Assembly (NCBI GenBank): GCA_022750295.1
Contig: JAKIVZ010000007.1
Span: 21,808 to 85,807, forward strand
DNA: 64,000 bases
Direction of reading: 5' to 3'
Source of the DNA: Candidatus Lutacidiplasma silvani
GTDB taxonomy: Archaea; Thermoplasmatota; Thermoplasmata; Lutacidiplasmatales; UBA184
In this document: in pieces, positions 44,601 through 53,668 of the stretch
Layout: the number at the start of each line of letters is the position of its first letter
Numbering within the stretch: the first letter of the stretch is position 1
Program-made: the position numbers and the translations under genes
Notes under the pieces: generated by a model
What the model was told of the DNA's origin: nothing
The model's input: only the letters and a program-made list of their open reading frames with translations
Databases searched by the model: none

Positions 44601-45773
44601 TCACACGTACGTCGCGGTGAGCGTGGCATTGTAGTAGAGGGTCGCGTTCGTTGGCGACTTCTTCGGGGCGACGAAGGACATCCCCCCGCCGGACTGGGAC
44701 CAGGAATGGAACGTGAGTCCCGGGCAAGATGGCGCTTGCAGGACTACCGGTCCGACGGGAAACGTCGAGTTGGTCCCGTTCGCCACGACCGTCCCGTTCA
44801 CCGAGACGGATCCGCAGGATCCGGGGCTCACGAGGACGGTAACGGTTCCGGTCGCTGGCAGGAACAAATGCACGGTGATGCTGAAGATGATTGCCCCGTG
44901 TGGGGTATGGACGTGAACGAGGTACTGACCCGCCGGGAGTCGCCTTCCCGGCGTCTCCATCGGAAGTGTGGCGTTGAAGTAGCTAGTGGTGCCATTGGGG
45001 CCCCACTCGTGAACCTGCGTCGTCACGCTCCCGTTGGGATACTCCATCTCGAGGAGCCACTCTCCTTGGTTGGTGACAATCCCCTCCATCCGGGCGGTGA
45101 ACACGCCCCCCACCGTCACGGTCCGCACCGTCGTGGAGGCGAGCCTCACCAGGGGGGACGGCGTAATCAGATCCTGGTGGTGGGGGCCCTCCGAGTTGTT
45201 GCTCCAGTTCCCGACCGTGGTGGCGTTGAGGTTCGGCTTCCAGATGCTCCACTGCCAACGGAACTCGAGCCGGAACGTCCCGTACGAGACGTTCGACATC
45301 ACTGCGATCCGCTGGGTCGATAGGTAGGAGAGTTTCGTCGAGAAAAAGAAGTGCGTCGTGATGAGCCTCGAATCCGTTGCGAGGGATGCGTTCGACCATC
45401 CCGGACCGGCGATGGTCTCGTTGCGCTGCGTGAGGTCGATGATGAGGTTCGGGTGCTTGATGACCGTGAAATTCATCACAATCGAAGGGATGTGAATCAG
45501 CACCCCCGCATCCGCAAGGTGAAACGTGGGAATCTCCCATTCGTAGGTCACGTTCACCAGATCTCCCGGGTTGACTCCCTCCGTCGGTGCTGGGTTTGTG
45601 ATGTACAGGGCCTCCGGCACGCAACCGCAAGTGTTGTTGCCTGCGACCGCGAACGACGCAGGGCCAATCGACGCCAGCCGGGAAGTCGCGAAGGCGTTCG
45701 GGGCAACGAGAATAGGGCCCAGCGAGAGGATTGCCACGACCGCAAGGACGGGGACGAGTAGGGAAACCTTCAC
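44601..45773 (-). CDS. secreted glycoprotein, uncharacterised 'family A' (paralog of 61840-63141)
   Basis: Signal peptide MKVSLLVPVLAVVAILSLGPILVAPNAFA. I count 17 N-x-S/T sequons. Motifs shared with 61840-63141 include RWQW, LEME.P.GSV, AG.YL.H.H and C.G..FH.W. Confidence 0.75.
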   Translation of the reverse strand: MKVSLLVPVLAVVAILSLGPILVAPNAFATSRLASIGPASFAVAGNNTCGCVPEALYITNPAPTEGVNPGDLVNVTYEWEIPTFHLADAGVLIHIPSIVMNFTVIKHPNLIIDLTQRNETIAGPGWSNASLATDSRLITTHFFFSTKLSYLSTQRIAVMSNVSYGTFRLEFRWQWSIWKPNLNATTVGNWSNNSEGPHHQDLITPSPLVRLASTTVRTVTVGGVFTARMEGIVTNQGEWLLEMEYPNGSVTTQVHEWGPNGTTSYFNATLPMETPGRRLPAGQYLVHVHTPHGAIIFSITVHLFLPATGTVTVLVSPGSCGSVSVNGTVVANGTNSTFPVGPVVLQAPSCPGLTFHSWSQSGGGMSFVAPKKSPTNATLYYNATLTATYV

Positions 45774-46014
45774 AATTCGTGGCTCCGGCCCAGCGGCTCT
45801 GGCTCGGAGTCCGCGAGGGCGCCACCGTATTAGACTGCTCCCGGGGGCCCGATCGGGGGCTCGTACCGATCCGTCCGCTTAGGTGCAGTCGGAGGTATCC
45901 CCCGCGGCAAAATACGCAGGGCACCCCCGCGCGGCCTGAGCCCGTCGCCCGCCGTTCTCCGGAGGGGATACGTTCTAAAAGGGCTCAGGGTTCCCAAGGT
46001 GCGAGGGCAAAGCG

Positions 46015-47520
46015 ATGGCCGCGATTCCCCCGGAGCAATTCAGGGTTCGCAGTCCATCCGAGGTTCGCGGACCGGATCGGCGCCCGAACGCAGGACTCCT
46101 GAAGAGCCTCGCGATTCTGACCATCGCTACCCTCGTCCTCACTGCGCCGTCGTTCGGTGCGGACGCCAAGGTTCGCCTCGTTCCTGCGCATACTCCATCC
46201 GCCCTCGCGACGTTCTCCACCCACATCCAGCACATCGTCGTCGTGATGTTGGAGAACCACGCATTTGACAACTATTTCGGGACGTACTGCCAACTGACCG
46301 GGCCGTACTGCCCGGCGAGTGTCGCGGGAATCCCGAACAACACCTGCGTGCCCGAAGATCCTCACGTCGCGCCGACGCCTTGCATCCAACCGTGGGCGTT
46401 TACCGACAAGAATTGGTCCGTTCACTCGGCGATGCTCCACGGGTACAACTCCACGATCGGGTCCTGGGACAATGGCTCGATGGACGGGTTTTACCATGCG
46501 GAGCATGCCGGGTTGGACCCGTTCGGATACTACGACGGGTCAACGATCCCGACCTTCTGGGACCTCGCCGAGGAGTACGGACTGGGCGACGATTTTTTCT
46601 CGACAGCCCAGACGTATTCGCTCGCAAACCACTGGGATTTGGTCGCCGGTCGCGCGCCCGCGGCGATCATGGTGCAGGGTCTGGAAGGCAAGCGAGCGGT
46701 CGGGAGCGGAAACAAGACGATCTACCTTCAGGAGTCCCAGAACACGACGTCCATCGAGGATCTCCTGAGCGTGCACCCGGCGGTTTCGTGGAAGTACTAC
46801 GATTACGCGCTGACGAGCTGGGCGACCATGTCGAACCTCTCGGAGCCTGGGGGGCCGGCGAGCCACGACGCGTTCGACTACTGGAATCCCCAAGCCGCGA
46901 AGCAGGAATCGTACTCCGCCCCGCTTCTCAAGCACTTTGTGGGCCAGAACATGTTCTTCGCGGACGCCATGAACGGCTCGCTCCCCGACCTCTCCTGGCT
47001 GATCCCGTTCTTCCCGGAGTCCGACCACCCCGATGCGAACACGACCGCCGCCGAGAGCTGGATCGCCAGCGTCGTAGATTCCCTCGAGACCTCGCCCGAT
47101 TGGAACTCGACCGCGCTATTCGTCACGTTTGACGAGTACGGTGGATTCTACGATCACGTGCCGCCGCCGGTCGTTGGGGGGGTGCAGCTCTCGTTTCGAG
47201 TTCCGCTCCTCGTGATCAGCCCGTACGTCCGGGCCGGTACAGTCGTCTCCCATGAGGGAGACTTCGGCTCGCTCCTCCGGCTGATGGAGTGGCGCTACGG
47301 AATGAAGTGCCTCGCGTCGATCGACTGCAACGCCACCCTGCCCCTCGGCTACTTCGACTTCGGCATGACGCCGCGCGCGCCGATGTTGTTCAATACGAAT
47401 CCCCTGAACACGAACTACCCGATTCCCGTCCAGAAACGGTCGAACTGGGCGGCGCTCGATTTCACCGTTCCGGAGAGCTACCTCACATATCCGGCCGATC
47501 CGCCGCCGTTCGTGGACTAG
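46015..47520 (+). CDS. phosphoesterase-family protein (phospholipase C / AcpA acid phosphatase family), secreted
   Basis: Signal-like [79 protein letters not shown]. Confidence 0.9.
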   Translation: MAAIPPEQFRVRSPSEVRGPDRRPNAGLLKSLAILTIATLVLTAPSFGADAKVRLVPAHTPSALATFSTHIQHIVVVMLENHAFDNYFGTYCQLTGPYCPASVAGIPNNTCVPEDPHVAPTPCIQPWAFTDKNWSVHSAMLHGYNSTIGSWDNGSMDGFYHAEHAGLDPFGYYDGSTIPTFWDLAEEYGLGDDFFSTAQTYSLANHWDLVAGRAPAAIMVQGLEGKRAVGSGNKTIYLQESQNTTSIEDLLSVHPAVSWKYYDYALTSWATMSNLSEPGGPASHDAFDYWNPQAAKQESYSAPLLKHFVGQNMFFADAMNGSLPDLSWLIPFFPESDHPDANTTAAESWIASVVDSLETSPDWNSTALFVTFDEYGGFYDHVPPPVVGGVQLSFRVPLLVISPYVRAGTVVSHEGDFGSLLRLMEWRYGMKCLASIDCNATLPLGYFDFGMTPRAPMLFNTNPLNTNYPIPVQKRSNWAALDFTVPESYLTYPADPPPFVD

Positions 47521-47732
47521 GGGCCCCCCGGCCCGTCGGGCGGCCGACCGGTTCAGGCCGCCTCGATGTGCCGCCGAAGGACACAGACCGGCGCGACGCT
47601 CATCGGATTGCTCTGCCGAGCCGGGGCACCCTGGCCCGAGCGGCGCTAGATGTGACCGGACCTGCTCAGGTCCGCTCAATATCCCCCGCCGCGCGGTAGG
47701 TCGTTCGGCCGAACCGGCCAAGGAACCAGCAC

Positions 47733-47981
47733 ATGACACACGACGAAGGAAACGACGAGGGACCGAGCTACGGACCGTGGGTGTGGAGCGCGTACAAGGC
47801 ATACAACGAGCTTCTCCGGGAGAAGATCAAGAAGAAGTTCGAGGCGAAGGAAGGGCCCTGGATGGACAAGCTGGCCGACCAGCTGGTCCAGCTCGTCGAC
47901 GCCCGCTGGGAAGGCGGGCGCCAGGGCGAGAAGGCCGAGGCCGAGATCCGCGCGAAGATCGACGCGCTCCTCGCCGAGTAG
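47733..47981 (+). CDS. small charged helical protein, unknown function
   Basis: The 82 aa have a Lys/Glu-rich helical composition atypical of artefactual ORFs in this GC-rich DNA (YKAYNELLREKIKKKFEAKEGPWMDKLADQLVQLVD). Confidence 0.5.
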   Translation: MTHDEGNDEGPSYGPWVWSAYKAYNELLREKIKKKFEAKEGPWMDKLADQLVQLVDARWEGGRQGEKAEAEIRAKIDALLAE

Positions 47982-48059
47982 GACCGATGGCCCCCCTCCG
48001 ACCGACCACCCCGGGCCCAGAGCCCCGGCCGACTCCGAACCCGGGGGTACCTTTTCCAT

Positions 48060-48081
48060 GGCCCGGCCCGTAGGCCGGGCC
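48060..48081 (+). other. 9-bp GC hairpin between the small ORF and the HtrA gene
   Basis: GGCCCGGCC-cgta-GGCCGGGCC, preceded by CTTTTCC and ending 12 nt before the GTG at 48093. Confidence 0.3.
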
Positions 48082-48092
48082 TCCCGAGGCCC

Positions 48093-49061
48093 GTGGCGCT
48101 CGCAGCCCAGCAGGACGAACTCGTCGCGGCCGTCGCGACCTTGACCCCGAGCGTCGTCCGGATCGTCCGGACGACCGAGCGACGGAGGCACCACCGACTT
48201 GGAGAAGAGGTCGCGGCCGGCACCGGGTTCGTCGTCGACGACCGGGGCCACGTCGTGACCAACTACCATCTCGTCCGGGGCGGCGGCGTCCTCCAGGTGA
48301 CCTACGCCGACGGGTCGGCCCTCACGGGCGAGCTGGTGGGGTCCGACCCGCTCACCGACCTTGCGCTCCTCCGCGTCGTCCGGAAGGGGCCGGCGCCCGT
48401 CGGGTTCGCCGACTCCGACCGGCTCCGCGTCGGCCAGTTCGCCCTCGCGATCGGAAACTCGCTCGGCCTACCGGGGTCGCCGTCGGTCTCGTTGGGAGTG
48501 GTCAGCGCGGTCGGTCGTCCTCTCCCGTGGGCGAGCCACGTCCTCGAGGGGCTGGTCCAGACCGACGCGGCGATCAATCCCGGCAACAGCGGGGGTCCGC
48601 TCGCCGACCTCGCCGGGAAAGTCATCGGGGTCAACACGGCGATCGTGCCGTTCGCCCAGGGGGTCGGGTTCGCGATCCCCTCGAACACCGTCCGCTATGT
48701 GGTCGATGCGATCCTCGAGCGGGGTCGCGTGGTTCGACCGTGGCTCGGGATCCAGGCGGTGACCCGTCTCGACGGCGACGGGAGCCATGGGCGGCCCGTC
48801 GGAGTCTACGTCGCCGAAGTCGTCGAACGCGGTCCGGCGGGGCAAGCCGGGATCCAGCCGGGCGATGTGATCGTCCGGATCGGGCCGTACCCGGTCCTGC
48901 AGCTCCACGACCTCCTCGTGGCCCTCAGTCGCGTGCCGATCGGCGGCGCGGTCGACGTCACGATCCGGCGGGGAGCTGCGGAACACACGACGATCGTCCG
49001 GATCGTCGAGGCGCCGGCGACCGAGGCTGCGGCGGCGACGGCGGAGGCCGGGTCCGGTTGA
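48093..49061 (+). CDS. HtrA/DegP-family serine protease with PDZ domain
   Basis: GTGFVVDDRGHVVTNYHLV (His), DLALL (Asp), TDAAINPGNSGGPL (Ser), then a PDZ (GVYVAEVVERGPAGQAGIQPGDVIVRIG). No obvious signal peptide. Confidence 0.9.
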   Translation: MALAAQQDELVAAVATLTPSVVRIVRTTERRRHHRLGEEVAAGTGFVVDDRGHVVTNYHLVRGGGVLQVTYADGSALTGELVGSDPLTDLALLRVVRKGPAPVGFADSDRLRVGQFALAIGNSLGLPGSPSVSLGVVSAVGRPLPWASHVLEGLVQTDAAINPGNSGGPLADLAGKVIGVNTAIVPFAQGVGFAIPSNTVRYVVDAILERGRVVRPWLGIQAVTRLDGDGSHGRPVGVYVAEVVERGPAGQAGIQPGDVIVRIGPYPVLQLHDLLVALSRVPIGGAVDVTIRRGAAEHTTIVRIVEAPATEAAAATAEAGSG

Positions 49062-49067
49062 ACCGCG

Positions 49068-49505
49068 TTACTCCAGGGTGGCGTGGACCGAGATCGCCAC
49101 GTTGCCATGGAGCGCGCCCGAGATCGGGCACCCCGTGCTCGCGGCCTTCGCGAGCTCGGCGAACTTCTCGGCGGTGATGCCGGGGACCTTCCCCTTGACG
49201 ACGAGCTCGCTCGTCGTGACCTTCCACCCGTCGCCGACTTTGTCGAACGTGACCGTGGCGCTGACGTTCAGGCGTTCGGGCGGCGTGCCGGCCCGACCGA
49301 GGCCGGCGGCGAACGCCATCGAGAAGCAGCTCGCGTGCGCGGCCGCGAGGAGCTCTTCCGGGCTGGTCCGCCCGTCCGACGATTCGGTGCGCGAGCCCCA
49401 GGTGACCTCGGTGTCCGGGAGGCCGCCGCTCAGCCCCTTGACGTGGCCGTGGCCCTTCACCAGGTCGTGCTCCCAGACCGCTTCCGACGTTCGCTTCGCC
49501 GCCAT
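49068..49505 (-). CDS. osmC: OsmC-family peroxiredoxin
   Basis: From the internal ATG: SPEELLAAAHASCFSMAF ... ASTGCPISGAL, the two conserved Cys contexts of OsmC. The upstream ORF portion is not protein-like. Confidence 0.9.
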   Translation of the reverse strand: MAAKRTSEAVWEHDLVKGHGHVKGLSGGLPDTEVTWGSRTESSDGRTSPEELLAAAHASCFSMAFAAGLGRAGTPPERLNVSATVTFDKVGDGWKVTTSELVVKGKVPGITAEKFAELAKAASTGCPISGALHGNVAISVHATLE

Positions 49506-49607
49506 GGAGCCGCCGAGACGCCACTCGACATAACGTCCGCCGGCGTTCCCGGCGTGGGTCCGGTCCCGAGCCGTTTTCTGCCCGCGCCGGCTAGTTAGGA
49601 CCGAACG

Positions 49608-50006
49608 ATGCCGATTGCGCTCACCGAGCTTCCCCGCTACGTCGTCCTCGAACCGGGCGGGGGGGTTCGGCTCGAGATGCGGCTCGAGGCGACGGCGTGC
49701 GAGTTCGACCTCGCGCTGCAGAATCCCAAACCCGGCCGGAGTTTCATCGCGATGATCGGCCATCGCGCCGGCACGATTGTCCAGCGGGTCCGCCTCGCGG
49801 GCACCGCCCGGATCCTGTTCGACCCGGAGGCGCCGGGCGACTACACGCTCGTCCTCACGAACCCGATGACCGAGGCCGCCGTCGTCCGGTTGAAGGCGAC
49901 GGCGCTCGCGCGCCGACGGGGAGCCGCGAAGACCCGGCCCGCAACGAAGCGCAGCGTGACCGGGACCCGTCGGCGGAAGTCCGGCTCGGCGAAGCGCTCC
50001 TCCTGA
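49608..50006 (+). CDS. hypothetical small protein with a basic tail
   Basis: The roughly 95-aa core is beta-rich-looking (YVVLEPGGGVRLEMRLEATACEFDLAL...DYTLVLTNP) and is followed by ARRRGAAKTRPATKRS...RRRKSGSAKRSS. Confidence 0.45.
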   Translation: MPIALTELPRYVVLEPGGGVRLEMRLEATACEFDLALQNPKPGRSFIAMIGHRAGTIVQRVRLAGTARILFDPEAPGDYTLVLTNPMTEAAVVRLKATALARRRGAAKTRPATKRSVTGTRRRKSGSAKRSS

Positions 50007-50010
50007 GGTC

Positions 50011-50017
50011 TATATAC
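50011..50017 (+). promoter_or_regulatory. TATA box for the beta-eliminating lyase gene
   Basis: TATATAC lies about 25 nt upstream of the in-frame TTG at 50039. Confidence 0.45.
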
Positions 50018-50038
50018 GGGGCCCCCGGTCCGCGGCCA

Positions 50039-51424
50039 TTGGCGCCCGGTCCCCGCGAGCTCCGTCCCCCGGTCGAACCGTACCGGGTGAAGGTCGTTGA
50101 GCGGATCCGCCTCCCACCCCCCGAGGAACGCGAGGCGGCGCTCCGGAAGGCGGGATACAATCTGTTCCAGCTCCAGTCCGACGACGTCTACATCGACCTC
50201 CTGACCGATTCGGGAACGTCGGCGATGAGCGACCGCCAGTGGGCGGCCATGATGCTCGGCGACGAGTCGTACGCCGGGAGCCGGAACTTCGCCCACTTCG
50301 AGTCGACCGTCCGCGAACTCACCGGCTTCCCGCACATCATCCCGGCCCACCAGGGCCGCGCTGCCGAGAACCTCCTGTTCTCGATGATGGCGAAACCCGG
50401 TACGATCGTGCCGAACAACATGCACTTCGACACGACGCGCGCGCATGTCGAACGGAACGGGGCGAAGGCGGTCAACCTCGCGATCGCCGAAGCGTACGAC
50501 CTCCAGAGCCCGTACCCGTTCAAGGGCAACGTCGACGTCCCTCGACTCGAGCAACTGCTCGCCCACGAGGGGGCGGCGAAGGTCCCGCTCGTCATGGTCA
50601 CGCTCACGAACAACACCGGGGGCGGCCAGCCGGTCTCGCTCGCGAATCTGATCGAAGTCCAACGGGCGTGTCGGGTGGCGGGCGTTCCGCTCTACCTCGA
50701 CATGTGCCGATGGGCGGAGAACGCGTTCTTCATCCGGGAGCGCGAACCCGGGATGGGCGCGGTTTCGATCCCCGAGATCGGGCGGAGGGTGTTCGACCTC
50801 GCCGAAGGGGCCACGATGAGCGCGAAGAAGGACGGCCTCGTCAACATCGGAGGCTTCGTCGCCACGCGCGACGCGGCGCTCGCCGGCCGCCTCAAGGAGC
50901 AACTGATCCTCTTCGAGGGGTTCCCGACGTACGGGGGGCTGGCCCGCCGCGACCTCGAGGCCGCCTCGGTCGGTCTCCGGGAGGCGTGCGACCTTGACTA
51001 CCTGACCCACCGGATCGGCCAGGTCCGGTACCTCGCGGCGCTTCTGGAGGCGGAGGGGGTCCCCTTCGTTCGACCCCCCGGCGGCCACGGGATCTACCTG
51101 GACGTGGCCCGATTCCTCCCCCACCTCCCGACGAGCGAGCTCCCGGGCCAATCGCTCGTCATTGAACTCTACCGGGAGGGGGCGGTCCGGACCGTGGAGG
51201 TCGGCGCGGTGATGTTCGGCGACGGGGAGAGCGACGGGCACGCCCCACTTGAGCTCGTCCGACTCGCGATTCCCCGGCGGGTCTATACGTCCGCCCATCT
51301 CGCCTACGTCGCCGACGTCGTCCGCCGGGTCTGGGAACGGCGCGACCAGGTGCGCGGGGTGCGGATGGTCGAGGCGCCGGAACGACTCCGGCATTTCCTC
51401 GCGAAGTTCGCCCCGGCCGTCTGA
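50039..51424 (+). CDS. tryptophanase / tyrosine phenol-lyase family (beta-eliminating lyase), PLP-dependent
   Basis: EPYRVKVVERI, AGYNLFQLQSDDVYIDLLTDSGTSAMS, HQGRAAE, NNTGGGQPVSLANL and MSAKKDGLVNIGGF (PLP Lys). The start must lie upstream of EPYRVKVVE, so TTG 50039 is proposed. Confidence 0.88.
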   Translation: MAPGPRELRPPVEPYRVKVVERIRLPPPEEREAALRKAGYNLFQLQSDDVYIDLLTDSGTSAMSDRQWAAMMLGDESYAGSRNFAHFESTVRELTGFPHIIPAHQGRAAENLLFSMMAKPGTIVPNNMHFDTTRAHVERNGAKAVNLAIAEAYDLQSPYPFKGNVDVPRLEQLLAHEGAAKVPLVMVTLTNNTGGGQPVSLANLIEVQRACRVAGVPLYLDMCRWAENAFFIREREPGMGAVSIPEIGRRVFDLAEGATMSAKKDGLVNIGGFVATRDAALAGRLKEQLILFEGFPTYGGLARRDLEAASVGLREACDLDYLTHRIGQVRYLAALLEAEGVPFVRPPGGHGIYLDVARFLPHLPTSELPGQSLVIELYREGAVRTVEVGAVMFGDGESDGHAPLELVRLAIPRRVYTSAHLAYVADVVRRVWERRDQVRGVRMVEAPERLRHFLAKFAPAV

Positions 51425-51604
51425 CCCGGGGGTTTCCAGGCCTCCCCACCGAACTTCCCGCGGATGCGAGGATCCGCAGAGCCCCGGCCCCACGGGCCAA
51501 GGGAGCTCGAACGGCCGGGCAAAGTGAGGTACCGCCGCTGCGGATGGGAACGTATAGATACGTCGTCCGCGTGGCGCGCCCGTCTCGACCACCGGGAATC
51601 GAAG

Positions 51605-53152
51605 ATGCAGCAACCCCATCGAACGGTCGTGTGCCACGCCGCGAATCGCCGCGCGCCGAACGTCCGAACGTCGCGGGTGCTCCTCGTCGCCTCCGTCGTG
51701 GTTGCGACCGCGCTGGCGCTGCCGTCTCTTCTGCCGGGGTCGGGAACGACGGCGGTTCCGACGTCGACGATCGCCCAGGGGACCGCATTGAGCTCCTCGA
51801 CCGGCGGCTCCGATTGGACGATGTACATGTCCTCCGTGACCCACACCGGAATCGAGGCGCACGAGAGCGCCTTGTCGGCGGCGACCGCCCCAAACCTGAC
51901 GGAACTATGGAATTTCACCACGGGCGGACGGATCGTCGAGCAGCCGGTGGTGGTCGGCGGTTCGGTCTACATCGGCTCGTGGGACGGGAACGAATACTCC
52001 GTGAGTCTCTCGAACGGCTCGCTCCAATGGAAGACGTACGTCGGACAGACCGCCGGGTGCGGGTTTACCGTGCCTCGGGGGCCCGCGTCGACCGCCGAGG
52101 ATCTCAACGGCACCCTCTACTTCACCGGGGGGGACGGATACTTCTACGCGCTCGACGCCGCCAACGGCTCGGTGGAGTGGCGAACGTTCCTGATGAACAA
52201 TTCCCCGACCGTCGGATTCTACGGCTGGGCGAGCGCAATGATCCACAACGGCGCCGCGTACGTCGGTCTGGCAAGCGGGTGCTCGAACCCGAACATTGTC
52301 GGAGGCGTCGCGAAGATCCGTCTGTCGAACCACACGATCGTCCAGCGGCTGGACACGGCACCCCCCGGCACGCTCGGCGCCGACGTTTGGGGAACTCCGA
52401 CCTGGGACCCGGTCACGAGTTCGATCTTCATCTCGACCGGCAACGGGCCGATCAACAACAGTCTCGACGAAGGTCAACTCCAGTTGAATCCGAAGACCCT
52501 GGCGATCGAGTCGAACTGGACCGTGCCGGTCGCCCTTCGAGTGCCGGACGGGGACTTCGGAACGACCCCGGTCCCGGTGGTCACGGCGAAGGGGGTTCCC
52601 CTTGTCGTGGCGGCGAACAAGGACGGGATTCTATTCGCCTTCAACCGGACCAACCTCGGCCTCGGCCCACTTTGGGCGACGCGGATCTCGACAGGGCCGA
52701 CGTTCTCCTCCGCCTCGTTCGCGAAGGGGATGATCTTCGTCGGGAGCACCGCGACGACTAAGGGGACGCAAACGATCAACGGCTCCGTTCGGGCGATCCG
52801 CCCCGGAACCGGTAAGGTCCTCTGGGAGACCCCAATGCCCGGCGCGGTCTTCGGCTCCATCTCTTCTGCCAACGGACTCATAGCGACCGCAGGCGGCGAC
52901 GAGATCGCCTTGCTCAACGCGACGTCGGGCGCCGTCGTGTGGAGCTACATCACGAACACAACGTTCCAGGGTGCCCCGAGCTTTGCCCACGGGATGCTGT
53001 TCGAGGGCGGAGTCGACGGGACCTTGTTCGCCTTCGCGCTTCCGGCCGGGCACGGGAAGGGCCACACGTCCGGCCTCGCGTCGCTCCTCGAGCCGATCTC
53101 TCTTGCCCGCGAGCTCGGGCTCGCGACCCGTCGAGTCGTCTCCGTGCTCTGA
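51605..53152 (+). CDS. secreted PQQ-like repeat beta-propeller protein
   Basis: Signal anchor VLLVASVVVATALALPSLL. Repeats of the type VVVGGSVYIGSWDGNEYSVSLSNGSLQWK, LYFTGGDGYFYALDAANGSVEWR, GDEIALLNATSGAVVWS. Confidence 0.85.
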   Translation: MQQPHRTVVCHAANRRAPNVRTSRVLLVASVVVATALALPSLLPGSGTTAVPTSTIAQGTALSSSTGGSDWTMYMSSVTHTGIEAHESALSAATAPNLTELWNFTTGGRIVEQPVVVGGSVYIGSWDGNEYSVSLSNGSLQWKTYVGQTAGCGFTVPRGPASTAEDLNGTLYFTGGDGYFYALDAANGSVEWRTFLMNNSPTVGFYGWASAMIHNGAAYVGLASGCSNPNIVGGVAKIRLSNHTIVQRLDTAPPGTLGADVWGTPTWDPVTSSIFISTGNGPINNSLDEGQLQLNPKTLAIESNWTVPVALRVPDGDFGTTPVPVVTAKGVPLVVAANKDGILFAFNRTNLGLGPLWATRISTGPTFSSASFAKGMIFVGSTATTKGTQTINGSVRAIRPGTGKVLWETPMPGAVFGSISSANGLIATAGGDEIALLNATSGAVVWSYITNTTFQGAPSFAHGMLFEGGVDGTLFAFALPAGHGKGHTSGLASLLEPISLARELGLATRRVVSVL

Positions 53153-53558
53153 GGGCGCCGAGCCGTCGATTCCGAATTTCTGCCCAGAATCGGCTGCCAA
53201 CTCAGTCCCGACTCGCTCTCCGCCACGCTCCCCCCGAACTCGGGCACGCGATCCGAAGCGGGGTCGCGGCAGCCGAGTCTCTCGGTCCAGACCCCGGAGA
53301 ACTACGGGCGTGTTCCCGCTCGCCAGGAACGAGCTGCTCGACGTAAGACCGAGGGAGAAGGGCGTGCTGCCGGAGTCGGTGAATCGCCGACGGCCCCTCG
53401 TGCATGCGGCGGGCCGATTGGTTCGCTCGAGCCCGACAAGTGCGCCTCTCCGAGAGACCCGCTCGGCATCCGCTGCCGGTGCGACCCTGCCGATCTGGGC
53501 CAACACCGGCCCGGATTGTCCCATTAACGGGCCAGTTCGTTCCGGCGCCGACTTGAGG

Positions 53559-53567
53559 TTAATATAC
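53559..53567. promoter_or_regulatory. strong TATA-like element in the 0.5-kb non-coding gap
   Basis: TTAATATAC lies about 105 nt upstream of the ATG at 53669. This is too far for the leaderless spacing seen elsewhere, and its orientation is ambiguous. Confidence 0.35.
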
Positions 53568-53668
53568 GATGTCGGGCCATCGTAGTGAGTGCTCGCTGCT
53601 TCACCTAGTCGCACACGGAAACCCGTCGGGAACCCCGAACCGGCCCGCGTACGCGTCGTTTTCAACTG

